Numbered from the stretch's first letter, positions 1 to 10,217 are shown. The stretch is DNA of 64,000 nucleotides from Oceanispirochaeta sp. (GCA_963666275.2 CAXXOA010000001.1:608001-672000); one strand, 5' to 3'. Notes: generated by a model not told the origin, from the sequence alone. Made by a program: numbers and translations.

Positions 1-674
1 TGCTTTTTTTACTCCTTTCTCCTGTTTTTTCAGATGATGATAAAGAGGAACCTCTCTTTTTCAGCGATTACTGGTGGATTGTGAAAACCTCCCGGGCCGC
101 TGTGGGACCGGGGCCGAATCATTTTTCTTCCGATGGGGTGCAGGAAAACTCCCGGGGAATTGAGCTTGAGATCAGGAAACAGCAGGGGCGGTGGCGCAGC
201 GGAGAAATCTTCACTCTGGATCACTTCGGCTACGGAACCCACTCTCTGCTCTTCAGTATCCCAGAACCTCTGGATTCAAACGCTGTGTTCGGCTTTTTTC
301 TCTATAATTCCGATGAGCCTCCTTTCTATAACGAAATAGATTTCGAAGCCGCCCGCTGGGGTGTAGCTGAAAATCCCCCCTTTTCCTTTACCCTCCAGCC
401 CTATGCGGTCCCGGGCAATTCTCTCGCTTTTTATGCAGAAGAGGCAGGGGAGTATCTCTGCCGGATCGCGTGGCAGAGCGAAGAAATCCTCTTCACTCTT
501 TCTGATGAGACTGGAAGGATCCTGCTGCAATGGGCCTATAGGGGAGATGCCATCCCGGTTGATACCGAATCCAGAATCCATCTGAATCTCTGGCTCTTTC
601 AGGGGCGGCCTCCTGCAGGGGACGGCGGATTAAGGGTTCAGGTGTTTTCTTATAAGTATGAACCAAATATTTGA
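1..674 (+). CDS. GH16-like glycoside hydrolase, 5'-truncated by the window edge
   Basis: The frame is open from base 3 (LFLLLSPVFSDDDKEEPLFFSDYWWIVKT...), so it starts before the ORF-track start at 81. Carries a GH16 catalytic motif, EIDFE. Confidence 0.7.
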   Translation, partial: LFLLLSPVFSDDDKEEPLFFSDYWWIVKTSRAAVGPGPNHFSSDGVQENSRGIELEIRKQQGRWRSGEIFTLDHFGYGTHSLLFSIPEPLDSNAVFGFFLYNSDEPPFYNEIDFEAARWGVAENPPFSFTLQPYAVPGNSLAFYAEEAGEYLCRIAWQSEEILFTLSDETGRILLQWAYRGDAIPVDTESRIHLNLWLFQGRPPAGDGGLRVQVFSYKYEPNI

Positions 675-698
675 CTTGCTCTTTAGATAGAATATAAT
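671..698 (+). promoter_or_regulatory. sigma70-type promoter, probably giving a leaderless mRNA for the STAS gene
   Basis: TTGACT-N16-TATAAT. ATG 706 lies 7 nt after the -10 box and has no Shine-Dalgarno. Confidence 0.5.
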
Positions 699-705
699 TT
701 TCAGT

Positions 706-1038
706 ATGTTTGTCGAAAATACGTCGGGAATTAAAATTATTGTACCGGAAGTGAAACAGATTGATGTGAACAACAGTGCTCTTTTCAGCAGCGAGCTGGA
801 AGAACAGCTGGACGGAGAAGAAAAGGTCGTTATGGATCTGACGAATATCCAGTTTATGGATTCAACAGGGCTCGGTTGCATCATTTCCGCGCTCAGGAAG
901 ATGAATGAATCCAGAGGCCGGCTTGTTCTGTGCAGTCCCAATCATGCGGTGAGCCTGCTCTTTGATATGGTCAGACTTTCCCAGATCGCCTCGATCTGCA
1001 AAGACAGAGAAGAAGCTCTGAATCTGCTTACATCCTGA
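706..1038 (+). CDS. STAS-domain anti-sigma-factor antagonist
   Basis: 110 aa with DLTNIQFMDSTGLG (phosphorylatable Ser motif). Confidence 0.9.
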   Translation: MFVENTSGIKIIVPEVKQIDVNNSALFSSELEEQLDGEEKVVMDLTNIQFMDSTGLGCIISALRKMNESRGRLVLCSPNHAVSLLFDMVRLSQIASICKDREEALNLLTS

Positions 1039-1044
1039 GGTTCC

Positions 1045-2610
1045 ATGATTACCTTCTGCCCCACAGAGATGCTTTCCATTGCCAATGAGCTCAATTACAA
1101 CTATTTCCTTTGTGATGAGACCATGATGGAATGGAGCCTCCTTTCGGTTCCCTTTCTCAGAATTCTCCAGCTGGATTCTGAAATCATGGAAAAGACCCCC
1201 CGGTTCTGGATCTCCCTGGTAGACTGGAAAGGCAGGGATCCGGAAGAGACACTGAGGAGCGGACTGGACAACGAGGGAAACTGCAGCATTACCCTTCCAT
1301 TCCGTACAGGGAACAGGGAGGAGACAAGGATTCATCTGCGGATCAGTAATCCCCTCCCTGACAATACGGGCAACACCCTACGTATGGGGTCTGCGGAAAT
1401 TGCCGGAGAGGATGTTTTCTATAAGCAGGAAGCCCTCCTTTCCCGGGATAATGAAATTGAGATCAGCGCCCGGATTCAGAAAACCCTTCTCACCGGGAGC
1501 ATTTCGGAAAATCACAGCGGATTAATCATAGAGGCCGAAACCATACCCTCCCGGGAAGTGGATGGAGACTTTTATGAATTTCTCCAGCTTACTCCGGAAA
1601 TCACGGACTTCCTTATCGGAGATGTCATGGGGAAGGGGGTTCCCGCGGCACTGCTGGGAGCGGCTGTAAAAACAGCCTATTACAAATCGGTGATTACAAA
1701 CCGGATGGGAAAAACACACCTTCCCGGTCTGGCATCCATGCTGCACAGCATCGACGGGCTCATTGGGAAGGATCTTCTGGCTCTGAAGAAATTCCTGACC
1801 CTCTATTTCTGCCGCCTGGACAGTGAAAAATCGCTTCTGAGTTTTATTGATGCCGGGCATACAAGCTTTATCTATCAGGATGCCCGTGACGGCAGCTGCT
1901 GGCATGTGAAAGGGGCCAATATGCCCCTGGGATTTTCGGAATCCCAGGACTACAGAACCTACCATCTGCCACTCAGTAAAAATGACATCCTCTTATTCTA
2001 CTCCGACGGGATTCCCGAAGTCGCCAACAGCGAGGGGGATATTTTCGGCTATGAGCGGATCAGGCAGTTTGTCCTGGCCCACAGGCATCTGGAACCGGCA
2101 GAGCTGCTGAAGAGCCTTTTCAATGTGGCCTTTTATTTCGCTTCCCAGGCCTTTGCGGATGATGTGACCGGTGTTGTGATCAAGGTGGACCATGAAAAGG
2201 CATCTCCCCCCGTAGAAAAACAGTTTCATTTTGACAGGGAGAACCCGGCGGAAATGAGATCTCTGCGGGAATCCTTTGAATCGGATCTGAAAGATCTTTA
2301 TCCCGAAGAGTTCAGCGATGATTTCATAAGACTGACTTTTGCTCTTATGGAAGCCTGCGGAAACTGCATTGTTCACAGCAGGGGCGAGTTCTCTCTGGTC
2401 TGGAGGATGTTCAGGAACAGTGTGGAAATCAATCTGGACTTTTCGGGATCCGACTATAACTGGACCGCCCAGTCCGAACCTTCTGCGGAGAGCTATAGAT
2501 CCAACGGATACGGCAGCTACCTGATTCAACAGGGGACGGATTCTCTCCTTCTTATGAAAGGGGGCGGGGCATCAAAAAGGCTTCAGCTCTATAAGGAATT
2601 TTGTCAATGA
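1045..2610 (+). CDS. SpoIIE/RsbU-type PP2C phosphatase fused to a C-terminal RsbW-like HATPase
   Basis: PP2C motifs GDFY, GDVMGKGVPAAL, DAGH, YSDG and DDVT; C-terminal EACGNCIVH and GYGSYLI. Confidence 0.85.
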   Translation: MITFCPTEMLSIANELNYNYFLCDETMMEWSLLSVPFLRILQLDSEIMEKTPRFWISLVDWKGRDPEETLRSGLDNEGNCSITLPFRTGNREETRIHLRISNPLPDNTGNTLRMGSAEIAGEDVFYKQEALLSRDNEIEISARIQKTLLTGSISENHSGLIIEAETIPSREVDGDFYEFLQLTPEITDFLIGDVMGKGVPAALLGAAVKTAYYKSVITNRMGKTHLPGLASMLHSIDGLIGKDLLALKKFLTLYFCRLDSEKSLLSFIDAGHTSFIYQDARDGSCWHVKGANMPLGFSESQDYRTYHLPLSKNDILLFYSDGIPEVANSEGDIFGYERIRQFVLAHRHLEPAELLKSLFNVAFYFASQAFADDVTGVVIKVDHEKASPPVEKQFHFDRENPAEMRSLRESFESDLKDLYPEEFSDDFIRLTFALMEACGNCIVHSRGEFSLVWRMFRNSVEINLDFSGSDYNWTAQSEPSAESYRSNGYGSYLIQQGTDSLLLMKGGGASKRLQLYKEFCQ

Positions 2611-4274
2611 ACAAAGCAGACAGCCCTGTCCTTCTGGCAGATTCGGTCTACTGGCTCGGTTCTACCAATGCCTCGGATTTTCTTCAGATTAATGTCTATC
2701 TTGTCTTCCGCAACGGAAAAGCCCTGCTCATTGACCCGGGCCCGAAAGATATCTTTCCCCAGATACGCAGAGCCCTGGAAAGCCTTCTGCCTCTGGAGGA
2801 GCTGTCGGGGATTGTCCTTTCCAACCAGAATCCCGATGTCTGTTCCAGTATCTCCCTCTGGGAGGAGAGCGGTTTCAGGGGGAATATCCTGGCTCACTGG
2901 AAAAACGGGGTATTTATCAATGCCTATGGTCTGAAAAACTCCGTTACCTCCATAAAAGAGGTTCAGGCCGGAATCGGGAATCTGCCAGAACATATCCGGT
3001 TCTATCCCTTTTCTCTGGGGCATGATGCCTTTCTGGCAACCTTTGACGAATCCACGGGAACCCTCTTTTCATCTGTTTTTTTCGGGGCCTTCGGACGCTC
3101 GCAAAATCTTTTTGCCCAGCCGGCGTATGCCAACCGGATGATTTACTATCACAGGAATTTCATGCCTTCAGGCCGGGAGATCCTTCCTGTCCTGTCTCAG
3201 ATCGAAGCCCTGACTCCCCGGCTGATCTGTCCCCATCATGGAGAGATCATCGAATACGGCAGTGGGGATCTCTGTTTACAGCTGAGAAATGCCGTTGAAG
3301 ATCCTTCTGCCGGAGACGGCCAGACCGGGGGAGAGGATGACAGGGAATGGGATCTTGAAAAATTCGAACTCAACGAGGAGCTTGTTCTCAGCAGTGATGA
3401 GAAGCTCGTGGATCCTGTAACGGGTCTTTACAACTCCAGTTTCTATTTCGGGTACCTTCCCGGATTTATCGAGGCCAATCCCGGAGGGACAATAGGGTAC
3501 CTCAGGATTGATAAAATGATGGCTTTCAATCAGGCCTTCGGGTTTCAGGAGGGAGATCGCATCATAGCGACTTTTGCCACAATCCTCCAGGATAACAAAC
3601 CGGATGAGGCCTTCCTTTTCAGGGATTCCGGGCCCATGCTTATACTGATGCTTCCCGATTCGTGTACATCCAATCACCTGGATATCATCGAATCCCTGCA
3701 GAACAGCGTCAGGGATTCAGATGCCTTTATTCAGGATATGACCTGCAGTGCCGCTGTTGTTTCCGTGGAGGAGGCCCGGGAAAAAGAGGGGGAGGCCGCA
3801 GAAAATGTTCTTGCTCTGATCCGGGAGAGACTGGGGATTCTGGGCTCCCAGGGAACCCATTCCATGTGCAATTATTCCAAGTCTGCCGAGGAGCTGGTAC
3901 AGAAAACAAAGATTCTGATCATAGACCCCGGTAATATATACACCCACCTCCTGGTGGAGTATCTGACCTTCCGCGGAATGGATGCTGAAATATGCCGAAA
4001 CGGAACAGACGCCCTGAGGCAGATTGATCTTCTGCATCCCGATCTTATTATATGTGAAACCCAGGTACCCCAGATGGATGGATTCAGAATCCGGGAGCAG
4101 CTCCTTCGTTCCTGGGATTTAAGGAATATCCCCTTTGTTTTCATCTCCCATCTTAAAACGGTAGAGTCTGTCAAAAGGGCTCAGGATCTGGGGGTTTTCC
4201 ATAATCTGAAAAAGCCTGTGATGCTTTCCGAAGTGGAAGGTCTGATCCTGCACCTGCTGGGGAGCCGAGAGTAG
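2607..4274 (+). CDS. MBL-fold (ODP-like)-GGDEF-like-receiver fusion with all three domains degenerate
   Basis: MBL fold: LIDPG, SNQNPDV, ICPHHG. GGDEF-like: DPVTGLYN, GFQEGD, RDSGPML. REC: PDLIICETQVPQMDG, KKP. ATGA overlap with the upstream stop. Confidence 0.75.
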   Translation: MNKADSPVLLADSVYWLGSTNASDFLQINVYLVFRNGKALLIDPGPKDIFPQIRRALESLLPLEELSGIVLSNQNPDVCSSISLWEESGFRGNILAHWKNGVFINAYGLKNSVTSIKEVQAGIGNLPEHIRFYPFSLGHDAFLATFDESTGTLFSSVFFGAFGRSQNLFAQPAYANRMIYYHRNFMPSGREILPVLSQIEALTPRLICPHHGEIIEYGSGDLCLQLRNAVEDPSAGDGQTGGEDDREWDLEKFELNEELVLSSDEKLVDPVTGLYNSSFYFGYLPGFIEANPGGTIGYLRIDKMMAFNQAFGFQEGDRIIATFATILQDNKPDEAFLFRDSGPMLILMLPDSCTSNHLDIIESLQNSVRDSDAFIQDMTCSAAVVSVEEAREKEGEAAENVLALIRERLGILGSQGTHSMCNYSKSAEELVQKTKILIIDPGNIYTHLLVEYLTFRGMDAEICRNGTDALRQIDLLHPDLIICETQVPQMDGFRIREQLLRSWDLRNIPFVFISHLKTVESVKRAQDLGVFHNLKKPVMLSEVEGLILHLLGSRE

Positions 4275-4275
4275 G

Positions 4276-7119
4276 ATGAGTATAGACTGGATTGTCATTA
4301 TCTTCCTTATTATTGTCCTTTCAGGGGCCAATATCGCTGTTCTGACCGCGACAATTCTCACAAAGAAGAATTCTGTCAGCAGATTCAGAAGCCGGGAACG
4401 ATTGCGATCCATAGTGAACCGGTCGGTAATCAGGAATTCTCTGGGGAGTACGGAGGCTCTTTCAGAACAGGATAAAATTCCCTTTTTTCTGGAGTGGCAT
4501 GAAGTCAGCAGCCACCTCGAAATCTCCGGCGTTCTCAGAGAGGAACTGGAAACCCTGGCCATTGAGTGGAACCTTCCCCCGGTGATCGAAGATCTCCTGA
4601 AAAGCCGTTTTTTCAATAAAAGAGTGACTGCCATGAATGTGCTGGCTTTTCTTCCTGAAAAAGAGAAACTGGCAGCATTGCGTGAGGCTTCCCTCCGGGA
4701 GACATCGGTTATTCTGAGGCTGAGAATCACTCAGATGCTCTGCAGTGAAGGTTCCCTTGATGCTGTGGACTATATCATTCACAGTCTTCAGGGACGTCAG
4801 GAATTTTATAAAAAAAAGGTTCTGGGGATTCTGGAGGACAATGTCACTCTGATGATCGACTGGGCTGATGTGAACAGAGAAAAAGAGGAGCGCGATGCCC
4901 TGAGGATCCTGATCCGGGCGGCGGGGACGAATCTCAGGGAGTGGCACTATGATTTTCTTGTTGCCCAGTCCAGAAATCCCGACAGACTGATCGCCCGGGA
5001 GGCTGCGGGAGTTCTGATGAACCGGTTTTCAGACAGAAATACCCTGGATTTCCTTATGGCATCTGAAGAGGGGAGCCTGAGGCAGAAGGCTGTATACCGC
5101 TTTACAAGGGATATGGCACTCCCTACGGAAGGGGAACTTCTTGAACTTTTCCGGACAAAAGAGCTCTACTCCTATGCTGTCTCGGGGCTGATTGAAAAAG
5201 TTCACAGTGATCCCCGTCTGATATCGGAACTTTTCCGCCGGTATCAGGTCGCCGAGACCCTGGAGGAGAAACAGGGGTATGCGGCGGTGCTGGCAAGCAG
5301 AGTCCAGTATTTTATCCGTCGCTTGAAGAGTGATGAGAGCGCGGAAGTCCGGGAACTTCTCTCGGATATGGTCGGTCAGGGCATGGGTGCTCCCATCATC
5401 AACTTCCTCAATGCCAATAAGAGTCCTACCCTTGAAACGCTCCTTCTGGAGACCATCCAGCCACTGACTCTGGAAAATCCCGAGTTTCTGGAACTCTGTC
5501 AGTACTATCTGGGAAACCGGCTGAAGAGAAAACTGGAACTTCCTCAACGGGTTGAAGAAGAGGGCACTCCCAAAATACAGCTGACCCGGAAAGACCGCCT
5601 TATTATGGTGACACTGGCTCTTTCCACTCTGCTGCTGCCCCTGGCAATCTACGCTGCGGCCTACGGCAGAATCTTTCCCTTTATGCTGGCCAGAGAACGG
5701 GTTGTATCGTTCCTCCTGCTTTACCATTTCGAGTTTGCCTTTTATTCCATTGCGATCAACTCAATCTCGCTGATCCTTATGTTCCTCTCCTGGACTGTCA
5801 TAAGAGAACAGAGGACCTCCTGGAAGGCTGTGGACAAGAAATTCCTCTTTTCCCGGGGGATTCTTCCTTCTGTGACCATCCTGGCTCCCGCCTATAATGA
5901 AGAAAAAAGCATCGTTCAGAATATCTACTCCCTCCTGTCTCTGGAGTACCCGGACCTTGAACTTATTGTGATCAATGACGGTTCAAAGGACAGAACTTTC
6001 CAGAACCTGGTGGACAACTTTGATCTGGAACTGGTGGACTATCCCATTCCCGATTACATTCCCACCGCTCCCATTCTGGGGCTCTATCGAAATGAACATA
6101 TTCCCAACCTTCTGGTGATAGACAAGAAAAACGGGGGAAAGGCCGACTCTCTGAATACAGGGCTGAATGCCGCCCGGGGGGAGTATGTGTGCAGCATCGA
6201 TGCGGACAGTCTTCTGGAACCCGAAGCCCTGACGAAGATGATGTTTGAAACCATCAACAGCGAAAAACAGACCATTGCCGTAGGAGGGAATATCATTCCT
6301 GTGAACGGCTGTATTGTACAGAACGGCGGAATCCGGGAAATCCATCTCTCCCATAACAAATACTCCCGGTACCAGACCATTGAATACCTCCGTTCCTTTA
6401 TTGCCGGTCGTCTGGGCTGGTCCAAACTGAACAGTCTCATGATAATATCCGGAGCATTCGGAGCATTCCTGAAGCAGGATCTTCTGGATATCGGGGGATA
6501 TATGACAGGAACTGGCAGTATGAAGAAAGATACTGTCGGTGAGGATATGGAGCTTGTGGTCAGGCTTATCCGGCATCATTACGAAAAGGGCGAGCCCTTT
6601 TCGGTGGGATACTCCCACAATGCCAACTGCTGGACCGAAGTCCCTGAAAACCTGCCGGATCTTCTCAAGCAGCGGGGGCGCTGGCACAGGGGACTCATCG
6701 AGATACTGCTTTATCACAGAAAAATGCTCTTCAACAGAAAATTCAAGGTTGTGGGTTTTCTGGCGTTTCCCTATTTTTTCCTTTTTGAACTTCTGGGGCC
6801 CTTCTGGGAGTTCCTGGGATACTTTGTTCTTATGGCATCCCTCTTTCTGGGGCTGCTGAACGGCACAATATTCCTTTTTATGTTTTCCATTATTGTCCTT
6901 CTGGGCAGTCTGGTTTCCTCTACGGCCCTTCTGCTGGCCGAGAGCGATGTGCTCTACTTTAAAGGGAAGGAATTCCGCCAGAGCATTCTTACCGCTCTCA
7001 GGGAAAATTTCGGCTACCGCCAGATGATCAGCATGCACAGGGTTTTCTCCTATGTGCTTTTTCTGTTCCGGGACAGGGGATGGCAGAAACTCTCCCGTAA
7101 GGGGTTCTCCAATGAGTAA
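4276..7119 (+). CDS. HEAT-repeat domain fused to a processive GT2 polysaccharide synthase
   Basis: Motifs APAYNEE, NDGSKD, GGKADSLN, IDAD, GED and QRGRW; flanking TM helices; helical N-terminal region of about 430 aa. Confidence 0.85.
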   Translation: MSIDWIVIIFLIIVLSGANIAVLTATILTKKNSVSRFRSRERLRSIVNRSVIRNSLGSTEALSEQDKIPFFLEWHEVSSHLEISGVLREELETLAIEWNLPPVIEDLLKSRFFNKRVTAMNVLAFLPEKEKLAALREASLRETSVILRLRITQMLCSEGSLDAVDYIIHSLQGRQEFYKKKVLGILEDNVTLMIDWADVNREKEERDALRILIRAAGTNLREWHYDFLVAQSRNPDRLIAREAAGVLMNRFSDRNTLDFLMASEEGSLRQKAVYRFTRDMALPTEGELLELFRTKELYSYAVSGLIEKVHSDPRLISELFRRYQVAETLEEKQGYAAVLASRVQYFIRRLKSDESAEVRELLSDMVGQGMGAPIINFLNANKSPTLETLLLETIQPLTLENPEFLELCQYYLGNRLKRKLELPQRVEEEGTPKIQLTRKDRLIMVTLALSTLLLPLAIYAAAYGRIFPFMLARERVVSFLLLYHFEFAFYSIAINSISLILMFLSWTVIREQRTSWKAVDKKFLFSRGILPSVTILAPAYNEEKSIVQNIYSLLSLEYPDLELIVINDGSKDRTFQNLVDNFDLELVDYPIPDYIPTAPILGLYRNEHIPNLLVIDKKNGGKADSLNTGLNAARGEYVCSIDADSLLEPEALTKMMFETINSEKQTIAVGGNIIPVNGCIVQNGGIREIHLSHNKYSRYQTIEYLRSFIAGRLGWSKLNSLMIISGAFGAFLKQDLLDIGGYMTGTGSMKKDTVGEDMELVVRLIRHHYEKGEPFSVGYSHNANCWTEVPENLPDLLKQRGRWHRGLIEILLYHRKMLFNRKFKVVGFLAFPYFFLFELLGPFWEFLGYFVLMASLFLGLLNGTIFLFMFSIIVLLGSLVSSTALLLAESDVLYFKGKEFRQSILTALRENFGYRQMISMHRVFSYVLFLFRDRGWQKLSRKGFSNE

Positions 7120-10036
7120 AAAGCGTACACTCCTGCTTTCAGTCCCCGCCTTTCTTCTCTTTCTCCTTCTGGCCTTCCCTTTTGCCTACTGGCAGTTCTC
7201 CCCAGAGAGCGGTCTGGATATCCTTGTCTGGGAAAAGGAGGCTTACTCCGGCAGAAAAACTCACCCTCTGGAGTGGCTTTTCCTGTACAGGAAAGACCAT
7301 GTAACAGGAAATCGGACGATCCGGGAAGGAGATCCCAATATGATCCTGTTTTCGGGGGATTTCAGTTTCTCGTCCATCAATGAAGCCATAGAAGAGGCGG
7401 ATAGGATGAAACGGGCCGCCCTGGAGAGTGTCTATGCCTTCTGGGACGGTTCTGTGGCCGATGAGGCAGCAAGTCCCGCTCTGCGGAGCCGGATTGAGCA
7501 GTTTCTGCAGGTGGATTTTTCAGGCTGGACTCTGAAATATGATACGGATGAGGGGCCCTCTCTTGTTTTTATCTCTCTGACCGGAGAACGAGTGACCCTT
7601 CAGGGGGGGACGCATTTTAACGGTTTTGCTCCTTCCGTGTTCTGGGAAGGAAACGAGGTCTCCGTTAAAACCTACCTTCCCGTCTACCGTACCACAGAGA
7701 GCACCTCTTCTGAAGTCTCGGTGGATCTGCATCTGACAGAAGCGGGAGAGGACCTTCTCAGATCCCGGGGAATTCCCACGGAAATTCCCCTGATTATGGA
7801 GCACAGGAGCCCTCTGGGAAAAGCCGGATTCTCGGCGATCAGTTTTTCACTGCTCGAAGGGCTGCCCGGATCCCACCGGGTGGCGGGGCGGCTCTTCTAT
7901 AAGGCCGAACTGGCTCTGTTCAGCAATAACCTTTCCGAACTCTACTGGAGGATTTTCCTTCCCTGGCTGGATAGTAGGTCCCGTTCCCTCGGGGAGGATA
8001 GAGGATCTCCGCATCTTCGGGAAGAACCGGTCCGCTTTGTTCTGGATCAGGCAGGGTTCAGGAAAGTGGATCCGAAGGGAGGGGACAGCTCCTTCTATCT
8101 TCAGGGGGTCAATCTGGGGCCGGCTGTTCCGGGCCGCTGGTTTACCCAGTTTCCCGAGGATGAACACCTCTATTACAGATGGTTTACACAGATGAAGGAG
8201 ATGAATCTGAATACTGTGAGGATTTACACTCTGCTGCCTCCCTCCTTTTACAGAGCCTTTGAGCTGTTCAATCAAAACCATCAGGAGGACCCCCTCTATC
8301 TGATACAGGAAATCTGGCCCGAAGAGCATCCTCCCGGAGAGAACTATCTGGACTCCGCCTATGATGCGGCCTACCGGGAGGAGATCCGTCTGAATGTAGA
8401 CGCCCTTCACGGAAGGGCACAGGTAGCCCCCAGAACAGGACGGGCCTGGGGAGAGTATACGGCGGATATATCGCCCTGGCTTCTGGCCTGGCTTGTGGGA
8501 AGGGAACTGGAACCCGATGAGGTTCTGACTACCAACGCCCTCAACCCCGATTCCATATACCGGGGCAAATGGCTTTCCGCTCCCGAAGGACCGGCTACCG
8601 AAGCCTGGCTGGCCTCTGCCTGCGATCTTACCGTTGCCTATGAAAGGGAGAACTACGGGAGTTCCCGGCCCGTGGGGATTGTGAGCTGGCCTATTCTGGA
8701 TAGGCTCTCCCATCCGGTGGAGTGGATCGATCCCGCTCTGGAGGGACGGTCTCCCGCCAATGATAAAGCAGTGGTGGACATTGAAAGGATCCTTGTGGAG
8801 GATGCCTCTTTCGGAGGTTTTTTCGGAGGGTATCATATCTATCCCAACTACCCGGATTTTATGAACAACCAGTCCAGCTACGCTTCCTACACCGATCAGG
8901 AGGGAACCTTCCGCTACGGCGGCTATCTGCAGGAGTTTATGGCTTCCCATACAAAATATCCCGCCATCATAGCCGAATACGGGATTTCCACCAGTGCCGC
9001 TACGGCGCATCTGAATCCCGACGGCTATCATCACGGCGGTCTGACAGAAGAGATTCAGGGGCAGGGGATTATCCGGATGGACCAGGCGGCCCGGCGGGAA
9101 GGGTTCAGCGGAACCCTCATTTTTGAATGGATCGATGAATGGGCCAAGAAAACCTGGACCACTGAACCCTTTATGATTCCCTATGACAGGCAGGCCCTGT
9201 GGCAGAATGCTCTGGATCCGGAGCAGAATTACGGAATCATGGCTATGGAGGGAATCTCCCGGAGGGGAGAGAACAGCTCTCTTGATACGGAGGGAAAGAC
9301 TCTTATGACTGCCTGGGGATCCGAGTCCCATCTCTATCTGGAAATTCCCGATTCCCCTTTCACAGAAGGGGCAGGGAAGATACTGATAGGCCTGGACAGC
9401 TATAATCCCATGGAAGGGCTGCGGCAGTTTCCGGGTATTCCCGAACCAGCGGTTCCCACAGGCATAGAGAGCCTTGTAGAGCTCAGCCTGAAAGAAGATT
9501 CCGCCCGGATACTGAACATAAGCAGTTACAGCATTGCGGAAAAATCCTTTCGTTCCCGCTCCGGTGATGACCAGGAGTTCGTACCTCTGACCTATCTTGT
9601 GAACAGGGGCTATGTGACAGAAAAGGGTGAGACCGTGCCGCCGGGATATACTGACTGGAGCCGGCTCCACCGGGGAGCTTTTCCGCAGAACTACTACTCT
9701 GTATTCAGACAGGAGAAAGGAATTACCATCAGGATCCCCTGGACACTGCTGAATGTGTCCGATCCCTCTTCCGCCATGGTTCTGGATGATCCCGGACCCA
9801 TCGGCAGGATTCCCGAGCGGGACGGAATCAGAACCGCCCGGAGCCGGGAAATACTCATCTACTCCCTGGCCCTTTCGGATGAGGGTTCACTTCTGGGGAC
9901 CATTCCCGCCGGATTTGCCGAAACAGGAGACGCCCTCTCCTTTGTCTGGGAGCCCTGGGATGTTCCTGTTTACAGGCAGAGAGAGAAGGATTCTGTGGCA
10001 CTACTGGGAGAATACTTTTCCCGGGTTTCTCCTTAA
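7112..10036 (+). CDS. Membrane-anchored protein with a clan-A (GH2/GH5-like) TIM-barrel glycoside hydrolase domain
   Basis: N-terminal TM helix; GVNLG, NTVRIYT, GRELEP, IAEYG and FEWIDEW; start overlaps the GT2 stop. Confidence 0.65.
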   Translation: MSKKRTLLLSVPAFLLFLLLAFPFAYWQFSPESGLDILVWEKEAYSGRKTHPLEWLFLYRKDHVTGNRTIREGDPNMILFSGDFSFSSINEAIEEADRMKRAALESVYAFWDGSVADEAASPALRSRIEQFLQVDFSGWTLKYDTDEGPSLVFISLTGERVTLQGGTHFNGFAPSVFWEGNEVSVKTYLPVYRTTESTSSEVSVDLHLTEAGEDLLRSRGIPTEIPLIMEHRSPLGKAGFSAISFSLLEGLPGSHRVAGRLFYKAELALFSNNLSELYWRIFLPWLDSRSRSLGEDRGSPHLREEPVRFVLDQAGFRKVDPKGGDSSFYLQGVNLGPAVPGRWFTQFPEDEHLYYRWFTQMKEMNLNTVRIYTLLPPSFYRAFELFNQNHQEDPLYLIQEIWPEEHPPGENYLDSAYDAAYREEIRLNVDALHGRAQVAPRTGRAWGEYTADISPWLLAWLVGRELEPDEVLTTNALNPDSIYRGKWLSAPEGPATEAWLASACDLTVAYERENYGSSRPVGIVSWPILDRLSHPVEWIDPALEGRSPANDKAVVDIERILVEDASFGGFFGGYHIYPNYPDFMNNQSSYASYTDQEGTFRYGGYLQEFMASHTKYPAIIAEYGISTSAATAHLNPDGYHHGGLTEEIQGQGIIRMDQAARREGFSGTLIFEWIDEWAKKTWTTEPFMIPYDRQALWQNALDPEQNYGIMAMEGISRRGENSSLDTEGKTLMTAWGSESHLYLEIPDSPFTEGAGKILIGLDSYNPMEGLRQFPGIPEPAVPTGIESLVELSLKEDSARILNISSYSIAEKSFRSRSGDDQEFVPLTYLVNRGYVTEKGETVPPGYTDWSRLHRGAFPQNYYSVFRQEKGITIRIPWTLLNVSDPSSAMVLDDPGPIGRIPERDGIRTARSREILIYSLALSDEGSLLGTIPAGFAETGDALSFVWEPWDVPVYRQREKDSVALLGEYFSRVSP

Positions 10037-10154
10037 GTTTGAAGTTATGACGAATGTTTTTGCCTTTTCTGTAGGCAACAGGGTTTTGAATTTTTCCGGA
10101 GAATTATAGATTTCCATCGTGAAAATGGCTTTATAAGCAAGTTTTAACTTTTCC

Positions 10155-10183
10155 TTGTTGGATGAAATTTATGGGTGTATAAT
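10155..10183 (+). promoter_or_regulatory. sigma70-type promoter for the regulator/kinase pair
   Basis: TTGTTG-N17-TATAAT upstream of ATG 10218. Confidence 0.4.
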
Positions 10184-10217
10184 TGCCCACCAAATTTTTC
10201 AGCAAGGTGTCCAGAAT

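Noticed and set aside
2607..4274. Active diguanylate cyclase or beta-lactamase
   Set aside because: The GGDEF and metal-binding motifs are substituted.
7847..9670. 607-aa minus-strand ORF (also 5983..7038 and 10131..11567)
   Set aside because: These are antisense shadows of well-supported + strand genes and have no recognisable motifs.
10124..10140. Second sigma54 promoter (TGGCTTTATAAGCAA)
   Set aside because: The GG-GC spacing is 2 bp too short.
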